Origin: Owenia fusiformis
Lineage: Eukaryota
Assembly: GCA_903813345.2 (NCBI GenBank)
Contig: CAIIXF020000001.1
Coordinates: 5,642,001-5,706,000 of the forward strand
DNA length: 64,000 bases
Direction: 5' to 3'
A model generated the notes under the pieces. It worked only from the letters and a program-made list of their open reading frames with translations. It was not told the origin of the DNA and did not search any database. Position 1 is the stretch's first letter. The number at the start of each line of letters is the position of its first letter. Shown here one piece after another: positions 14,001 to 29,000 of the stretch. A program made the translations under genes and the position numbers.

Positions 14001-17000
14001 ACTTTCATCACATTTTGTGTTGATAAATGGCATGTGATGAAACTTATTCATCCTGTAAATCATTTATAAATACTATAATCAATCTTGCGTTTAAATACCT
14101 CCATAAGTTAATTCAATCAACAATTGAGATTTTGTATTTAGCACTTACAAAGCATGTATATATATATGCTAAATCCCTTATATGTTTATAACTTATAATG
14201 TTTGTGAACTACGTCATCAGTCGCTAATCGCCAATCGGTAATAAAATGTTGTAAGTGGGTAAATCCTTATTTTGTTGAGACGTAGTTATTGGTAGGTAGG
14301 AGTGATAATGATACTTTTTATTTGACTTGAAACCATATTAGTATCCAATCCAAATTATAAAGAAGGAACTTGGAGAACAAATTTTTTTGGTGAAAAGAAT
14401 ATTAGATCGATAAAATATATATTTCAATAGGTTAAGTATATTAAGGCTCAGCATGTTGAATATTTATAAATAATCATGATTCTCTCGAATTTTTTCGACT
14501 TTGTTTATTTTTAGATTTGAAACCATGACACGCCACCGTTTTTCTATTCAGAAACAAATATTAGGTTATTCATGAAATAAAATGTATTCATTGTCGAATG
14601 AACGAACATGCATTTATTCAGTCCATACTTAACGTTTACCTCCGTTTTAAATTCGCGGCAAGAAATCAAAAACTGAAAATATGACAAGTAAGGTTAGAAC
14701 ATACATTCCCGAATGGGAAACAGAGTTCGATTGGTTACATAAATAGGGTACACACTTTTTTTTCAAAGGACACACTTTTTTAAAAATTTGCGTCCTTGGG
14801 ACTCACAAATTTTCTAACCTAATGCAAGCACTGTAAGCAGGATCTCTTGATAAATCTTGTTTTGACCTTTGTTAGAGTCATTCTTGTAAGAAGACCATAT
14901 TTTTTGCGCAATTAATGGAATTATCACAATTGACACCAAATTCTTATACTATAAGTTATTGAATGATTTGAAGTGCAATACAGGATATATTCTGCTCAAG
15001 AAATTCTTTATTGGAACGAGACAAAGTAAATTATTGGGAAAATGTATATTCTCCAATTAAGTAATTTGAGTAAACATTTGTTGGTAAATTAGAGGTTATG
15101 ATGTGGTTAGTAAGGTTTCAATATGTGGTAAGTAAATGATAAGTATTATACTCATCATTTTGTCCTTTTACGAGTGTCCGTGTTAAACACAGTAACACAG
15201 TAGTTATACATACATTCAATCATTTTGTTTTTCAGCCTTCTGAATCATACACTACATCTTCCAGTACTGCCTCAACTTCGTCATCTTCTACATCCACCTC
15301 ATCAGCAAACTCAGCTTCCAACAAGTCATCATCTACTCCGTCATCATCCTCAACAGTGGTGGCAAGTCGGGGAGGTACTGGGAAAGGAGCAGGTGCCATC
15401 ATTGAAAGTATGCAACATCATGGACAAGGTGTTTACTCTGGAACCTTTTCAGGTAAGTTTTGATACTGACTTTGAATGGGAAGTAGAAGTTTTGATTTGA
15501 AAAATGCAGAAAAGTGTACTTTGTAATAGGGACTTGCGTTTCAGTGCAGTGTAATCCATTCAACAAATGTACATAATTGTATGATGAAGTTTTATTTCCA
15601 AAGTTAGTTGGGTGTGATTCTAGGAGTATTTGTGTGTTTACAAATAAATAAATTTGAATGATGCAGTAATGTGTCATTTAGTACTTTTAATGTGGGAGAC
15701 TATTTTATAGAAACTTGAACAAAAATCAAGAAAAAAATTTAAGATCCCAAAAAACTAATGGGGTGATAATAGCGTTAATGGAATAATTCACTTACCTCTA
15801 TCGATTGAGCCGTTTCTATGCACAATGCTGTTATAGACATATCTCTAGAAGTGAATTCATGATAGCCTTCAAATGATGAGTTAAAAGCTATAATAGTACA
15901 ATAAAGTCATTTCTAAGGGCAATATAGTGAAATATTGGACCTCGCAGAAATGACGTTATTAATATTATTACCACCGTTAACGACCAGGACTGAAACGGCA
16001 AGAAAATCTTACACATTGAACGATATCTAGTTTCCCCGGGAAAATTGCCGGTCCAGAATATATTCTAGACCTGTCCATATGGACTACCACTAGGACGTCA
16101 CACATTTCTCAGGTCGATATAGTAAAATGAATGCCTTCTAAACGAGCACTAAAACCCCTAGAACTGGCCCGGCAAGGTGGTAATAATGAACGTTAACTAT
16201 GAAGTCCAGTCAGTTACAGAAAGCCTTTAGATTTTGACTTGGTGGTTATAGCCTGCTCAAAGGAACAGAGAGTCAATAGTTTCATTGATATTTAGAGGTT
16301 ATGTCACTATCGTGGCATATATGCCCGAGGTCTCAGTGATATATGGCCTGACCTTGGGAGGGACATTGATCTCTGAGAACCGAGGGCATATGTGCCACGA
16401 TAGTGACATAAACGATTTATAACATACCTATGATGATGTAGACTGGTCAGAGAGTACCGTTTTCTTATAGAATTGACAAACAAATGGTTTGAAAATGATT
16501 GAAATGAGTTTAGAAAAATTGCTCGCACAGTTTTATCTTCGATTGATCGGTTATGACGTCAGCGCCTTGACCAATCAGAAAGTTAGCGGGCGCGGGCTTT
16601 TCAAAACTTATATTGGCCCGCTGTCTTGTGTACACTTTGCACTATACATCATCATAGGTATGTTATAATGATGCATATACAGGGTGTCCAAAAAAAAACA
16701 GGACCGTAAGAAAGTTGAATAACTCGGTCAATTTTGCATATTTTGCCTTGAAATTTAAGAATTATTTAGTTCATTCAATGTGAATTTTGTTCTGAAAGTT
16801 TGATGATACTCTGTCTATTGTGTCAAAAACTACAGTCCTTTACAAAACATGCTTAAAGTGGGCACTTCTCCTCTCTATGCACAAACGAATCCTGTGAACA
16901 AAGTTGTTAATGACCCTTACCTATACACATTAATGTGGATGGTAAATATTGGGGTAGTTATTGCCCTCTTAAGATTGTTAGGGGCCTGTCAGTATACACA

Positions 17001-20000
17001 TTGGCTTTTAGAAATCCTCAAAGATAAAAATTTAGGGGATTTAGATCAGGCAAATGAGCTGCCCATATGGTTTGCATTCTGCAACTGATGAGCTGACCAC
17101 CAAAGCATTGCCTAAACCATTTCAGCATATCATTTGCAGTGTTGGGGTGGTATTGGCTTGTTGAAACCACTGCTTAATTATCTCCTTAGATGTCCCTTCT
17201 CGTGCTTAGTGACCTCCAAAACTTGGTGAGAACTTACTGGTCCTTATTCATGGTGATAGCAAGTCCTCAGTCACCCTGAACCAAAAGGGACTGATGATTC
17301 CATGTTTCCTCATTGCCACCCAGGGAGTGCATTGTTCAGAATGCAATGGATGCTGTAACACTTCATCAGGAGGATGTAAGCCCCAGTAGCAATTGTTCTT
17401 GAAACAAACTTGTCCATTTAGAAAGACATGTGTGTAGGAGGATCATCAACAGCTTTGTTCACCGGATTGATTTGTGTATAGAAATGAGATTTGCACATTT
17501 GGGGCATGTTTTGTAAGGAACTGTAGTTTTTGACTCAATTGGTAGATTATTATCAAACTTTCACAACAAAATTCACATTGAATGATCTAAATAATTCTGA
17601 AATTTCAAGGCAAAATATGCAAAATTGACCGAGTTATTCAACTTTCTTACGGTCCTGTTTTTTTTTGGACACCCTGTATGTCATTTAACCCACAAAATCA
17701 TGAAATACCCTATTATCGCCCATATATGTACCTTTTGAAAATCCCTTGGGATTTTGTTATTTGTGACATTTCCTTCAGGAGAATTTATGAGACACACAAT
17801 GCATTTATTAGAGCAAAAACAGTACCTATAAATTAATCTGAAGCCATCAGTAACTCCCTATACATTGTGTTCAATGTCTTGACTGTTTTAGTTTATAACA
17901 TTGCAATAGTGGGACTTAGAAATACATAAAAAATAGTGGAATGTTTAGTTAGTAGGCATTGGGAGGTTATGGTCCTTAAAAGGGACGTAGTATTATTTAT
18001 TGAGTTTTTATGAGGCATTTGATGTGTTTTTTTCTAAAGAAAATCTGATTTATTTTTGTTCATATGTTGTTGATTAACCATTTAGTAGTGTTTGTTGATG
18101 TTAACAGAAGTTCATAGACATTTCTAAGAACTCATTGCAGTTTATGTATGAAAATGTTATGAAGTTATGAAATTCTTGCCAATAATGTGTCAAGAGAGAA
18201 ACGCTACAGTTTGATGTAACGTCTGCCCGCACTACTGTTTTCTTCTGTATCATAAAGACCTTGTCCATCCTTTGTAGCGAGAAAATTTGGCTCAATTTCC
18301 ATAAATCTTTTTAAAGGAAACCTTTCTTCATTATTTTGCTTTTAGGGCCCAATATGTAGTTCATAGTAATATAATACACTGCTTTACTCAAACTTGGTGA
18401 TTATATGATCAACTGAGGTATAATTCGCTTCACTATTAGGCAAAATCATTTTTAGCAGTTAATGATAAATAAACTTTTCTCCTTTAAATAAACAGTTTGA
18501 ACATCAAAGTTAGAAAAATCTTTCTGTTCCTATTTTAGAAGTATTTTATGAAGCAAGGTGTGTGAAGACTTTGTGAGGGAATGAGGAAGAATGCCTGGGA
18601 ATTTGGCATTGTTTCATTCACAAGTTCCTGATATAACCAAGGCTTGTTGCCAAGCCTGGTATGTTCAAGGTTAACATCACCACATGTCAGATGGAAGAAG
18701 TAGGATTGATGCCATGGAATCATTGGTTTCTTTTTTGATAAAGTGCAATATTTTAACAAGCATATAACTTAATGATATACTGTATAAGTGGTATTTAATC
18801 CGAGTGGTTAATTTTCCGAATGGTCAAATTTCATCATTTTCCTAATTTTAATTTTCCTAATGACAAGAAACCTCCCATTGGATAACATTATCAAGACAAT
18901 ATTTCCGACATTTAATTTTCCGAACCTGGCAAAAATTAGGAAATAGGCAAATTAAATGATTAGGCAAAATTACCACTTATACAGTATCTGCATATGTTCT
19001 TCTTTCCAGAAACTAAGGGGAAATATGTCCATTTGTCCAACCATTAGCATTTAGGCTTTTAGCTAGCAAGTTTTGGAAGTCTGTATTTAAATGTAGTACA
19101 CAGAGTCAGAACAAAAGGTGGTTTACAATGGTATATAGATGGCCTGGTGCAGTAAATCCAAAAACTCATACCTAGGATTGAATTTTTTTCACAAGTACAT
19201 AGTTGTGCATAGAACTTTACCAGATTTAGGTGCTTAGATCAATAGCTTTTGCTGAGAAGTCTTTAAATGAAGGTGATTGAACTATTGATATCCTTATTTA
19301 CTTAACCTGCATATTGCAAGCATTGCTATAAGTATGTGATTGCAAGTAGGTGGAATGAGTGGGCAGGCTCTGAATATACCTGGCTTTAACCTACTTGTTA
19401 AACCATAAGTACCCGTACATACATATAAATCACGTCAAGATAACAATGTTAGGAAATGTGAGCTATGTTGTATGAGAAAACCTTTTTATATGAAATCAGT
19501 ATGATACAATATACATCAGGCAAATAATATACAATAATACAGTACATAAAGATCAACAGAAAAGAAAACAAACACATTCATCAAAATACTGTAATCAAAC
19601 AATTCCTCATACTGTGGTACAGACATATATTATGTTGGTGATAGAAATATAACTTAAAGTCCAAGGCTACATGCTGATAGCATTGCACTGCTGTAAAATG
19701 TTTAGTAATTAGTGTTTAAGTTGATTTTTTCTTTAAAAATGATTAGATAAATTCATAGCCTATTCCATCTGGAACATCAACTCATTTTCTATACTATTTT
19801 CTCCTTATCATCTTTTTTGTCCAGACATTAAACTAACATTGAGGACTAAAAAGACAAAGGGCTGATACATGTTAAGCACTAGAACAATAGGCATTGTTTA
19901 TAGACAGATATATGTCAAATACATATATACTTATATATGTGGTGTTATCATTAATAATATGGTCTCTGAAATATATACAAAGTTTGTAAGTGATTTGAGT

Positions 20001-23000
20001 ATGTTTTGTGATGAATAGTAATGCTAGTAAATGACTACTCTTAACGTGACAGCATCTTTGTAAGAAGATAACTGGAAGTGTTTATCAGAGATGCACTCTA
20101 ACAATTTATCAATTTGAAGATGATTAACTAGTAGTGTAAGAAAAAATGGTTTGAGGTGGCAATATTTTAACACATGGCATGTTGTGATACTGTTATATGT
20201 TCATAGCTTCATTATCCCACCAAACAAACGTTTCCATTAGTGCATGGTCATGGTCCACATACCATGACTTCTCAGGCCCATAGCCAGGATTTGCCAAGGG
20301 GGGTTCAGTTTTCAAAAAATTCCAGGGGGCTTCACATTTGACCATTTTGGCCCAAATATGGCTAAAATCACTTGAAAAGTGCTCAAAATGGTGAAAAACT
20401 GCATGATTTTGAAAGAATTTTTGGCCAGGGGGGGTTGCCCGAAATCTGCGAACCCCCCCTGGTTACGAGCCTGCTTCTAGACAAGTAACAGAGTAAGTAA
20501 GTTTTTCTATCATGTTATGTCAAAGGTGTTGATTATAATGCACCTTTTGTTTTTAGACACTGGTACTCCGTGCAGTAGTTCAACAAGTTAAACCCAATAC
20601 CACGGCTTTCATTTATTAATCTGAATGTTCTTGTTGCCGTGATTGGGTTTAACTTCCGTGGTATGCTTTCATTTGTTGCAAATTCTCACTATCAGTTATT
20701 AATTAAACGCGCATGAAATTACTTATTAATTGACAACAATATAAAAACACATAACATCAAGCGATTCAACACAATATTATTGTATTAAATGGTCATTTAT
20801 ACAAGTAAAATGAGGTTAAACTTACCAATCTCTAAAATGACATTCCGCATGTCCGTCATTGTGTCTGTTCGTCCCGGGTTAAAATTTAAACTATTGAAAC
20901 GAAATTGTTGTCAAATAGATTGATAATTATCACGCGATTACTCGGGATATAAAGATCAATTTTGAGGATAACAGGTATCTTTGATTGATTTATGTAGCGC
21001 TTGTATACACGCAAATTAGTTATTAATTGCAAACCTACTGTTCGTTGATGCAGTGTCGCAATGACGGTCAATTCCTGAAACGATTTGCAATTTCGATGTT
21101 ACCGGAACTGACCGACATTTTCGTAAAATTCCAAACCTGTCTCCAATATTTTCGTAATTATGCATCAATAGGGTCTAAGGGGGATACGGGATGGTGTGTA
21201 TGTATTCATAAGGTATGTATGCATGCTTGAATCACATTCTTTATGTAATATTACCATGTTTTCAGTGTTAATTAGTTCCGCTGGTCGAAACCTGCGGAAC
21301 GCGCAACAAGGGCAAAATGATCATGGAGGTTAGACCTAGCCGGGGCCATAAGACATGTCAGATAAGAAACGAGGCCCAGGCTAGGTCTAATGTTGTTGGA
21401 CTATCCGTGCAGTTGCTATTTTTTAGAATTAATTCATTAATTTGGAGAGGAGTCTATATTGCTAGTCTGATTCAATAGTCCTATTGTACTGTCCACATCA
21501 CTCACACTTCACAAAGATAAAGTCATAGGGCCCAGAGGCTTTTGTTAGATGAAGCTGTCTCATGAAGTGAAATCAAACTATTGTATGTAAAGGTTAAAAG
21601 ATACTCAAGATAGCTCAGTACAGACATTATATGTCAGTATGTGGTAGCTCTTTCCCAATAAGTACATTAACCCTCACACATTACCCTTCGTTGAGTAGTA
21701 ACCTTGTTTGGCCTGAGTGAAGTAAACACAGCAGAAATGCTAAAATGGCTCACCATACATGGTTCAATATGCCTGAAAACAAAGGAATCTTACATAGTTA
21801 GATTCCACTCAGAGTGATATAGAACAAAATTCTTGCCCTTATAAATGTCTGTGTCAGATTTTCTTGACATTTTGAGCAGCTTCAAAAATGATTTGTATAC
21901 ACTTTTCTATATGTCTATAAGCTTCATTATTCTAGATTCTGTAACAGGTTTGTGAACTTTGCTCACTGATATGTCCCATAATGCCCTGTTGTATCAGGCC
22001 GTCTGCTGAACTCAGGATGACCTGGGATACATTGTTAGATATTAGAGCATTGTCCTGAAGCATTTCTCAAACATCTCCTTGATGATGGATGATAATGGCA
22101 CATATAGGGTACATATTAGACAAACAAATTCGTAACTAGAGGGATATATCATGAATTAATTGCCTTTCGAATGATAACTGCTTTCATTGTGCTATCAATA
22201 TATCGACCCCACCATAGTTGTTCTCATCTGGCAAGCATTAATAAAGACAAACTCTGATAAATCAGGATGGATTTACCAGTGATTCCTTTCAGTTCAGAAA
22301 TCCGTAGAGGTCAAGATGGTGCATACTATTCATGTTTTCATTAAATCATACTTCCCAGCTTCTACATATAGTACATTGGCGTCAGAAGGGGGAGGGCGTT
22401 GGGGGCGACCGCCCCCTCCCCTTTCCCAGATTTTTAGATTTGAAACTGAGCCTAGAATTGAAAGCTGTAGAGCTTATTAAGTGAAAGTGTTATAATGACA
22501 GACATGATACTATGTCAGTATCTTGTCTACATCAAGCATAGAAGATCTCATTTCTCATATTATATTTAATTCTTAAAAATATATAGTTTCTCAAGTATCC
22601 ATATGGTATGTAAATACTTTGAAGAATAAGTGCAAAATGTATATTTTAGTAAAAGTCTAAATTTTTAGTCAAAGTCAAGTTAAGTTTTCTAAAAACATAT
22701 TTTTTCTTGTTTTTATTATTGGGAATGTTGTGCTGAGATATGTTCAGAATGCACCAAAGAGGGTCTAAATTTGAAAATTATCTGGGGGGGGCGGTCCCCT
22801 AGATCACGCACGACCTATCCATACCCAAAAGTCTCCCCCTCCCTTAGCAAATGCTTTTGACGCCCCTGTAGTATGATATACGTATGTAGTTAATTCTTCT
22901 TCTGATTTATATTAGTTGTTAATTTGTCATCAATGATTGTGATTTTCTGAATTCATCAGATATTGTGAAGCAGTGATTCAGTCTATTTATTATTCTTATT

Positions 23001-26000
23001 ATGAGAACAAAAGAGTCTCATAAGATTTAAGTATTGAATATATGTATGTATGTCACATAAGGCATCGTGTCTTCTAGGTATTATTATATTTATTAATCAT
23101 ATCAGTAATATTTCAATGCTGTATAAATAACTCTGTTTATTAATAATAAGGCATATTCACACACATGAAGTATGTGTCAGAACATGCTACTTATGTTGAC
23201 ATGAATAATGAACAAATGCTCAGATCTGTAATGATATCAATCCCTTGTATAATCAGAAGTTACAATTATTTGATGTCTTTTTCCTGTAAATCACTTTTGA
23301 TTTTGCGTTGTGTATCTTACAGTTGTTCTGTTATTATAACCATGATAGAAAATCTATCGGGTTAAATCAAACGCAACATATTGATTTATTCTGGAGAAAT
23401 GCATTTTAGGCTTAGTTCGATGATTGTGTTTTAGTATTCTTAAATGTGCCTGATTAGTCTCTGTCCGTTTTTTCATGGATGTGACACATATTTTACTGAA
23501 GTTATCAATAAACCAATTTTGCGATAACAGTTGTTAACATAAATATCTCCCACAATGCATTGCGTCAAGTAAAATTCTCTCAACCTAAAACTATGTTTTT
23601 TTGCGTATTGTTGGGATAATATATATATAGTTCATTCTAATATTAAGTTCCCATCCTCAGAATTGATATAGGTCAACTGTAATTTGACCCACATTATATT
23701 ACTGAGAACTTGTCTCTCGTTTCATATCAAGTAACCCATTCTCAACTCCAAGGTATGAAGTCAGTGACGTCACACTAAAAGTAAATATTTTTATTGATTG
23801 TGCAATTGTACACAAAGTGGAATGTCAAATAGAGCTGAAATATTGTGTTCAAAATCAGATCCTGTATATTTCAACAGAAAAAACCCAGATGTAAAAAATC
23901 TGTACCCGAAATGAGAGCTCTTCAACTGGGGAAGTAAGACTATTGTTGTCATTTTGAACTATCGTGAATTGGTTTATTGTGAAATCATGTGCGTATAGTG
24001 TTACATAAGGGTTATATATACTGAGAAGTTTTGGATTCATTGTTTATCCTGAGAGAAATGGTATTTCCTGAATATCTATTAGATGCTTACACCCCTTGTA
24101 TACATGTGTATAATAGACTCATCCAATAATGAAGCTGTGATAAAGCTACATTGAAAACATAACAAACTTTTATAGGCCATCTACCTTCCTGATATTTTTG
24201 ATGTGATATGCATCGCATCAGATTAAAATGTGTATTTCTTGTAGTTAATATAGTTTTGATTGATAGTATTTAATTGACTTACATATCTTATAAATGTCAG
24301 CAAGACAAAATATAAATTGCTATTTTTATGGTGGAGCAGTAACATGTTATTTTCTGTGTCATTTTCAAATTAAAACTGCTATTATCAAGAAATATTGCAG
24401 TTTAACACTGAAAATAAAACAAGACTAATCCAAAGAAAATTGTCTTCTTGTGGTAGTCATATAGTCATATCGATTAGATAGGACAATGTAATAATGATTA
24501 TAATGTAAATGAACCTATGTATCATCATCTTCAAGCAATACACTGTATTTAGTATAGTACTGTGTTAATTTCCTTACAGCAGCCCCTTATTCATATTTAT
24601 TACATCCTTGATGTAGCAACATGAAGTAGAACCAGAACATGTGGAGATGTTTTTGTACCGAGCTTTATAGTAATCAATAAGATACTGTTATTTGCTATGT
24701 AGAGTTTTTTATGTTAAAGGATGTGCTTTACATTGTGTTGTTTTGTCATGGTGATACTGTAGTCTGTAAACAGGATCCTTGGATATGGTGAACCTTCAAC
24801 GTAAACATCATGAAATATACTGCACTATTTGATTATTAATTTGTTACTTTTGAGTTGCTAAGAGGTTTTATTTTACAGTCATGTCAGACGACATTGTTTT
24901 ACTGTAACAACTGTTTCCCTGACACACCTTTTTATATGATACTTTTTTGCTCAACCTCAAAACACCCCTTTTCGTTATAACAACTAACTTTTTCATTTCC
25001 CCACAACTAATTTCCTACAAGGCACTCTCTTTTATCCCACCTCTTAAACATAACATTCAGGACAACACAAAATGGCTGGCTAGAGTTTAAGAATGCAAGG
25101 TACAGATCACATTATTGGATCTTGTTGACGTCATAACATGGCAGGGCTGAAGGAGGCTATTGATTGATTGAAAGGTGGATCTTGCAATAGGATATTACTC
25201 CACTGATCTAAATTAGAATGTTGATTCATGCCAGCACTGTAATAATCATGCATTGCTTCAGAAATCACATTCTGGTTTTAGTCTACTGGCCTTCATTCTG
25301 GTGCATCACCCCCTCCCTTCATTAAGTGCCAGGCACAGTGATGAATGGCAAGCTGTGTCAAAGCCCCCTACATGGAATCACAGTTGTTAGATAGAGCAGT
25401 AATAGGACTAGTTAGCTATTTTTATTGATCATTATATGCCACAGTCCCATTTATTGACAGGCCTGGTTGCTTGTTCGCTCTGAATATTGTATCATACTTG
25501 CCGTATACCTTGTATTATGTCACATCTACTTTGTTATCAAAGTCAAAATATTTAGATATAGGGCAAAGGGGTGTAGCGTTGACACCATTTTGGGGTAGCT
25601 TCGACATGTGGGGTAACTTCAACACCTTATTGTTTATTTGCCCTAATTTCCGATCTAGGGGGAAGCTATGTTTTTTTTCTCGCATGGATCGAAATCTCAC
25701 GAGATTTAAATTTTTCCAGAAATCAAACATGGTTGAAAACAGAAATTCTACTTAAATAAGTAAGTGTCGAAGTTAAACTGTCTCTTATGTCGACTTTACC
25801 CCACACATCGACATAACACCCCTTTGCCCTAGATTACAGGGGCTTCTATTTTATTGAATTATTACTCAATATATTATATATATGTGTATGCTCAAATGTA
25901 AAAATCTGACGATAAACAAAAAAAGGTGCTATTAGCTAAAGGCTAGGCAATTAAAGTTAGATGGATTCAGACATTATCTGCCTATTATATTGTTTGAACC

Positions 26001-29000
26001 ATCTCATCGTATGATTATTGCCCTTTGCGGTTTGAGGCTAAGGTGGCTTTACTATTGATTTGTGCTCTCATAATGGCAGGGATTAATTTCATGCACAGAG
26101 TGTGCCATCTATATTCCCTAACTTAGAATGGATGCTATCCTCCAAAAGTACAATGAAATGTCAAACCAGAAAGTTAATTTGGTTTCTTTTATGTTTTTTT
26201 CATTAATTGACATTTTATTTTTCTATGCTTGCAGGTTCATTGAACCCTGCATTACAAGACAAACAAGGCAACCCTAAGAAAAGTATCAATACAATTATTC
26301 ATATACTTAATGACCTACTAGGAGCTACCCCACAGTATAAAACTGGCCACACTAGTAAGCATAGAGAGAGGAGGGAGAGAGGAGCAATATCCCATTCTTC
26401 AAGGGTGAAATCACAGGGTATGTATGTTTATAGATTATTATCACAGTCTCTTACATTATTTAAACATGTAGCATGTTACCTCTCATAGGTTTCAATAGAA
26501 TTGATTATTATTACCATTTGGGAGACCAGCTGAATCATTGTATGTGCTTGATTTCCATAAATCAGTGTGTCCTGAACTCAAACGGGTGATCCTATTCATT
26601 TTTCACTTGTTTAAGACAGTTTTTATGTCACCCCCACTAGTCTAGTGGTGACATAATGGTCTCCAACTTTTTTCGTGGATGGTGTTTTGAGATTTGTGTT
26701 TGGCATTTGGTGTTTATGGGAGGTGGTGACATTTTGCATGTTAATGCCTTCTTAGAAGTTACTGAACCAAAAGCAGTTGCCACATGTACTTAACAAGAAG
26801 TTTTAAGTATTTGAGCCAAATTATGGAATTTTGTTCAAATTCAATAGGTTAATATCTTATCGACAATGGACCTCTGCTCAAACAAACATTTTCAATGTGG
26901 CCTCTCATTTCAAAATGACCACCATTTTTTATAAAAAATGTATTGTTTAATAACTCAAATACCAGTCGACACATTTAATACCTTACAGACTCTGCTCAAG
27001 AAGGAATTTTCAAGACGGCTGCTCAGTTCAAAATGTCTGTCATTTTTAAGCAAAGAAATACCAGTTAAATAGCAAACTAATGTCATAGTGGCAAAAATGT
27101 GTTATGGGCATAAGACCTTAGGTCACACAGAAATTAATATACAGTCTATGGCATCATGTCACAGCATGGGTGTTGATTTTGCCAAAAGGAGACAATGTTA
27201 CTGGTCTTCTATCATGTAATGTCAAAAATGACACGGTATTAATACAATATGTTTTGTTCGGTAAGATTTGTTACTCCGTAGAGTTTCTAGTGAGGAATTA
27301 AAAGTAATTTGATTGCTCTATCCAAAGGTAATTGTATGTGAATGGTTGCATATCTTGCAAGATGGTATGAGATTCATAGCTCAAATCAATAGTAGGGTTA
27401 TCGGCAGCGATCAATACGAGAGTGCTCACCAAACATAGCAGATAGCTATATCAGTTCTGGTTCACTCTTAGATTTCTACCATCACTGATCATGCATAATC
27501 ATTCTCTGGCAATGAAGAACTATAAAGAGGAATACTGTAAAACACTTTAAATTCGCAGGAGCAATCTTTCGTGGATTTGTACATTTGATTCTTTTCGCGT
27601 ATTCATGTTTTCGCGATTTTCCACCACAATAAGCGAATAATAAATCAATTCTGTGTTGTAAATGTTAACATAGTTAATTGTCAAATTGCATTGAATTGTG
27701 ATAAGAATTAAAACCAGTTTCGGATTGTTTTGGATTATTATTCTAGTTGCAAGCAAATAACCATTAAAACATAGCTTGCAGTATTGAAATAAACAAATAT
27801 ATTTTAACATGACTTCTATGTTTGTTTTCATGTTTGTTTTACAATTGCAACAACACTTGAATAAAATAAACAAAGCATATTTAGAAATACTGTATACTAG
27901 TATATTTTATTCTTCATTCACGTTACCCAGGAAAAAAATTGTGACGTCCACTTTTAAATTCGCGGGATCCTGAATTTGCTATTTTACATCTACGTGAATC
28001 AAGATGCTTGCGAATTTAACATGTTTTACAGTATTACGAAATATGGCCCAACGTCTCTACCACCTTCTTTCAGCAGAAATGTGCTAATGAGAAGTTATCA
28101 CATTCATATTGCATATTGCAATATATTGTGACTATAGAGTGGCCACTTTGGGAGACTTAGTTAGTAGAGTGGCTTTAAGAAGGCTCTTGACACACATCTT
28201 AGTGGGCAGTGAAAGGTTGACTGGTAACAGCCATCAATAACAGCTATATCTTCTTTCAATATAGAATAGTAATAATATAGAATTTATTGAATGTGGATGT
28301 AAAATAAATCAACTTCATCATTCAGCTTCCAATTAGTTACACAGTTGCAAGGCATTTGTTTTTATTTTCATGTTCTTATTATTCTATAAAGGTCACATAT
28401 GATGTCATGCTATAATTAATTATAGCGCCGAATGAAATAGTCTAATACATCAGTCAAGTATTAATAAGCACGCTTCTTGTCCATTTTGCAATGGCGACCA
28501 TTTAACCATGAAACACCCATTAATTAGAGACCTAAAGGGCACGAATGAGGCATTTGTATAATCAAGGATCAGTTTTTTAACTTGAGAACATCTTCTGCTT
28601 TCATTAGATACAATTTAGCTTCAATTCCATGCTAAGTTGATTCACTTTTAAAGGTTAACCTTATCAAAAGGCTGGTAACGAGCCTTCAAACAAATGTCAG
28701 GGTTTATTATGTTTTACCGCAATTCACCTTACAGATGGTGGAAAGATTCTTGAAAACCTGGTTACAAGTGTACTATCTTATTTTATATGATATTCATCGT
28801 TTCCCATTCATTATTCTATTCGGTTCAACAAGTTACTAAATGCACACCATTTACAAGAATGATCCTGCATAAATTCTTTCATTATTGATAACCCTCTGAA
28901 GGCGAGTCTTCCTAAGAATGATTGGTCCTAATTAGAGGGCAATATGCCAATGGATTCAGGGTAACAAATTCAGATATGTGATCATTTGCAGCAAGGACAT

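Noticed and set aside
15225..15500. His/Gln-rich ORF from the track
   Set aside because: Wrong frame of MIDN exon 5
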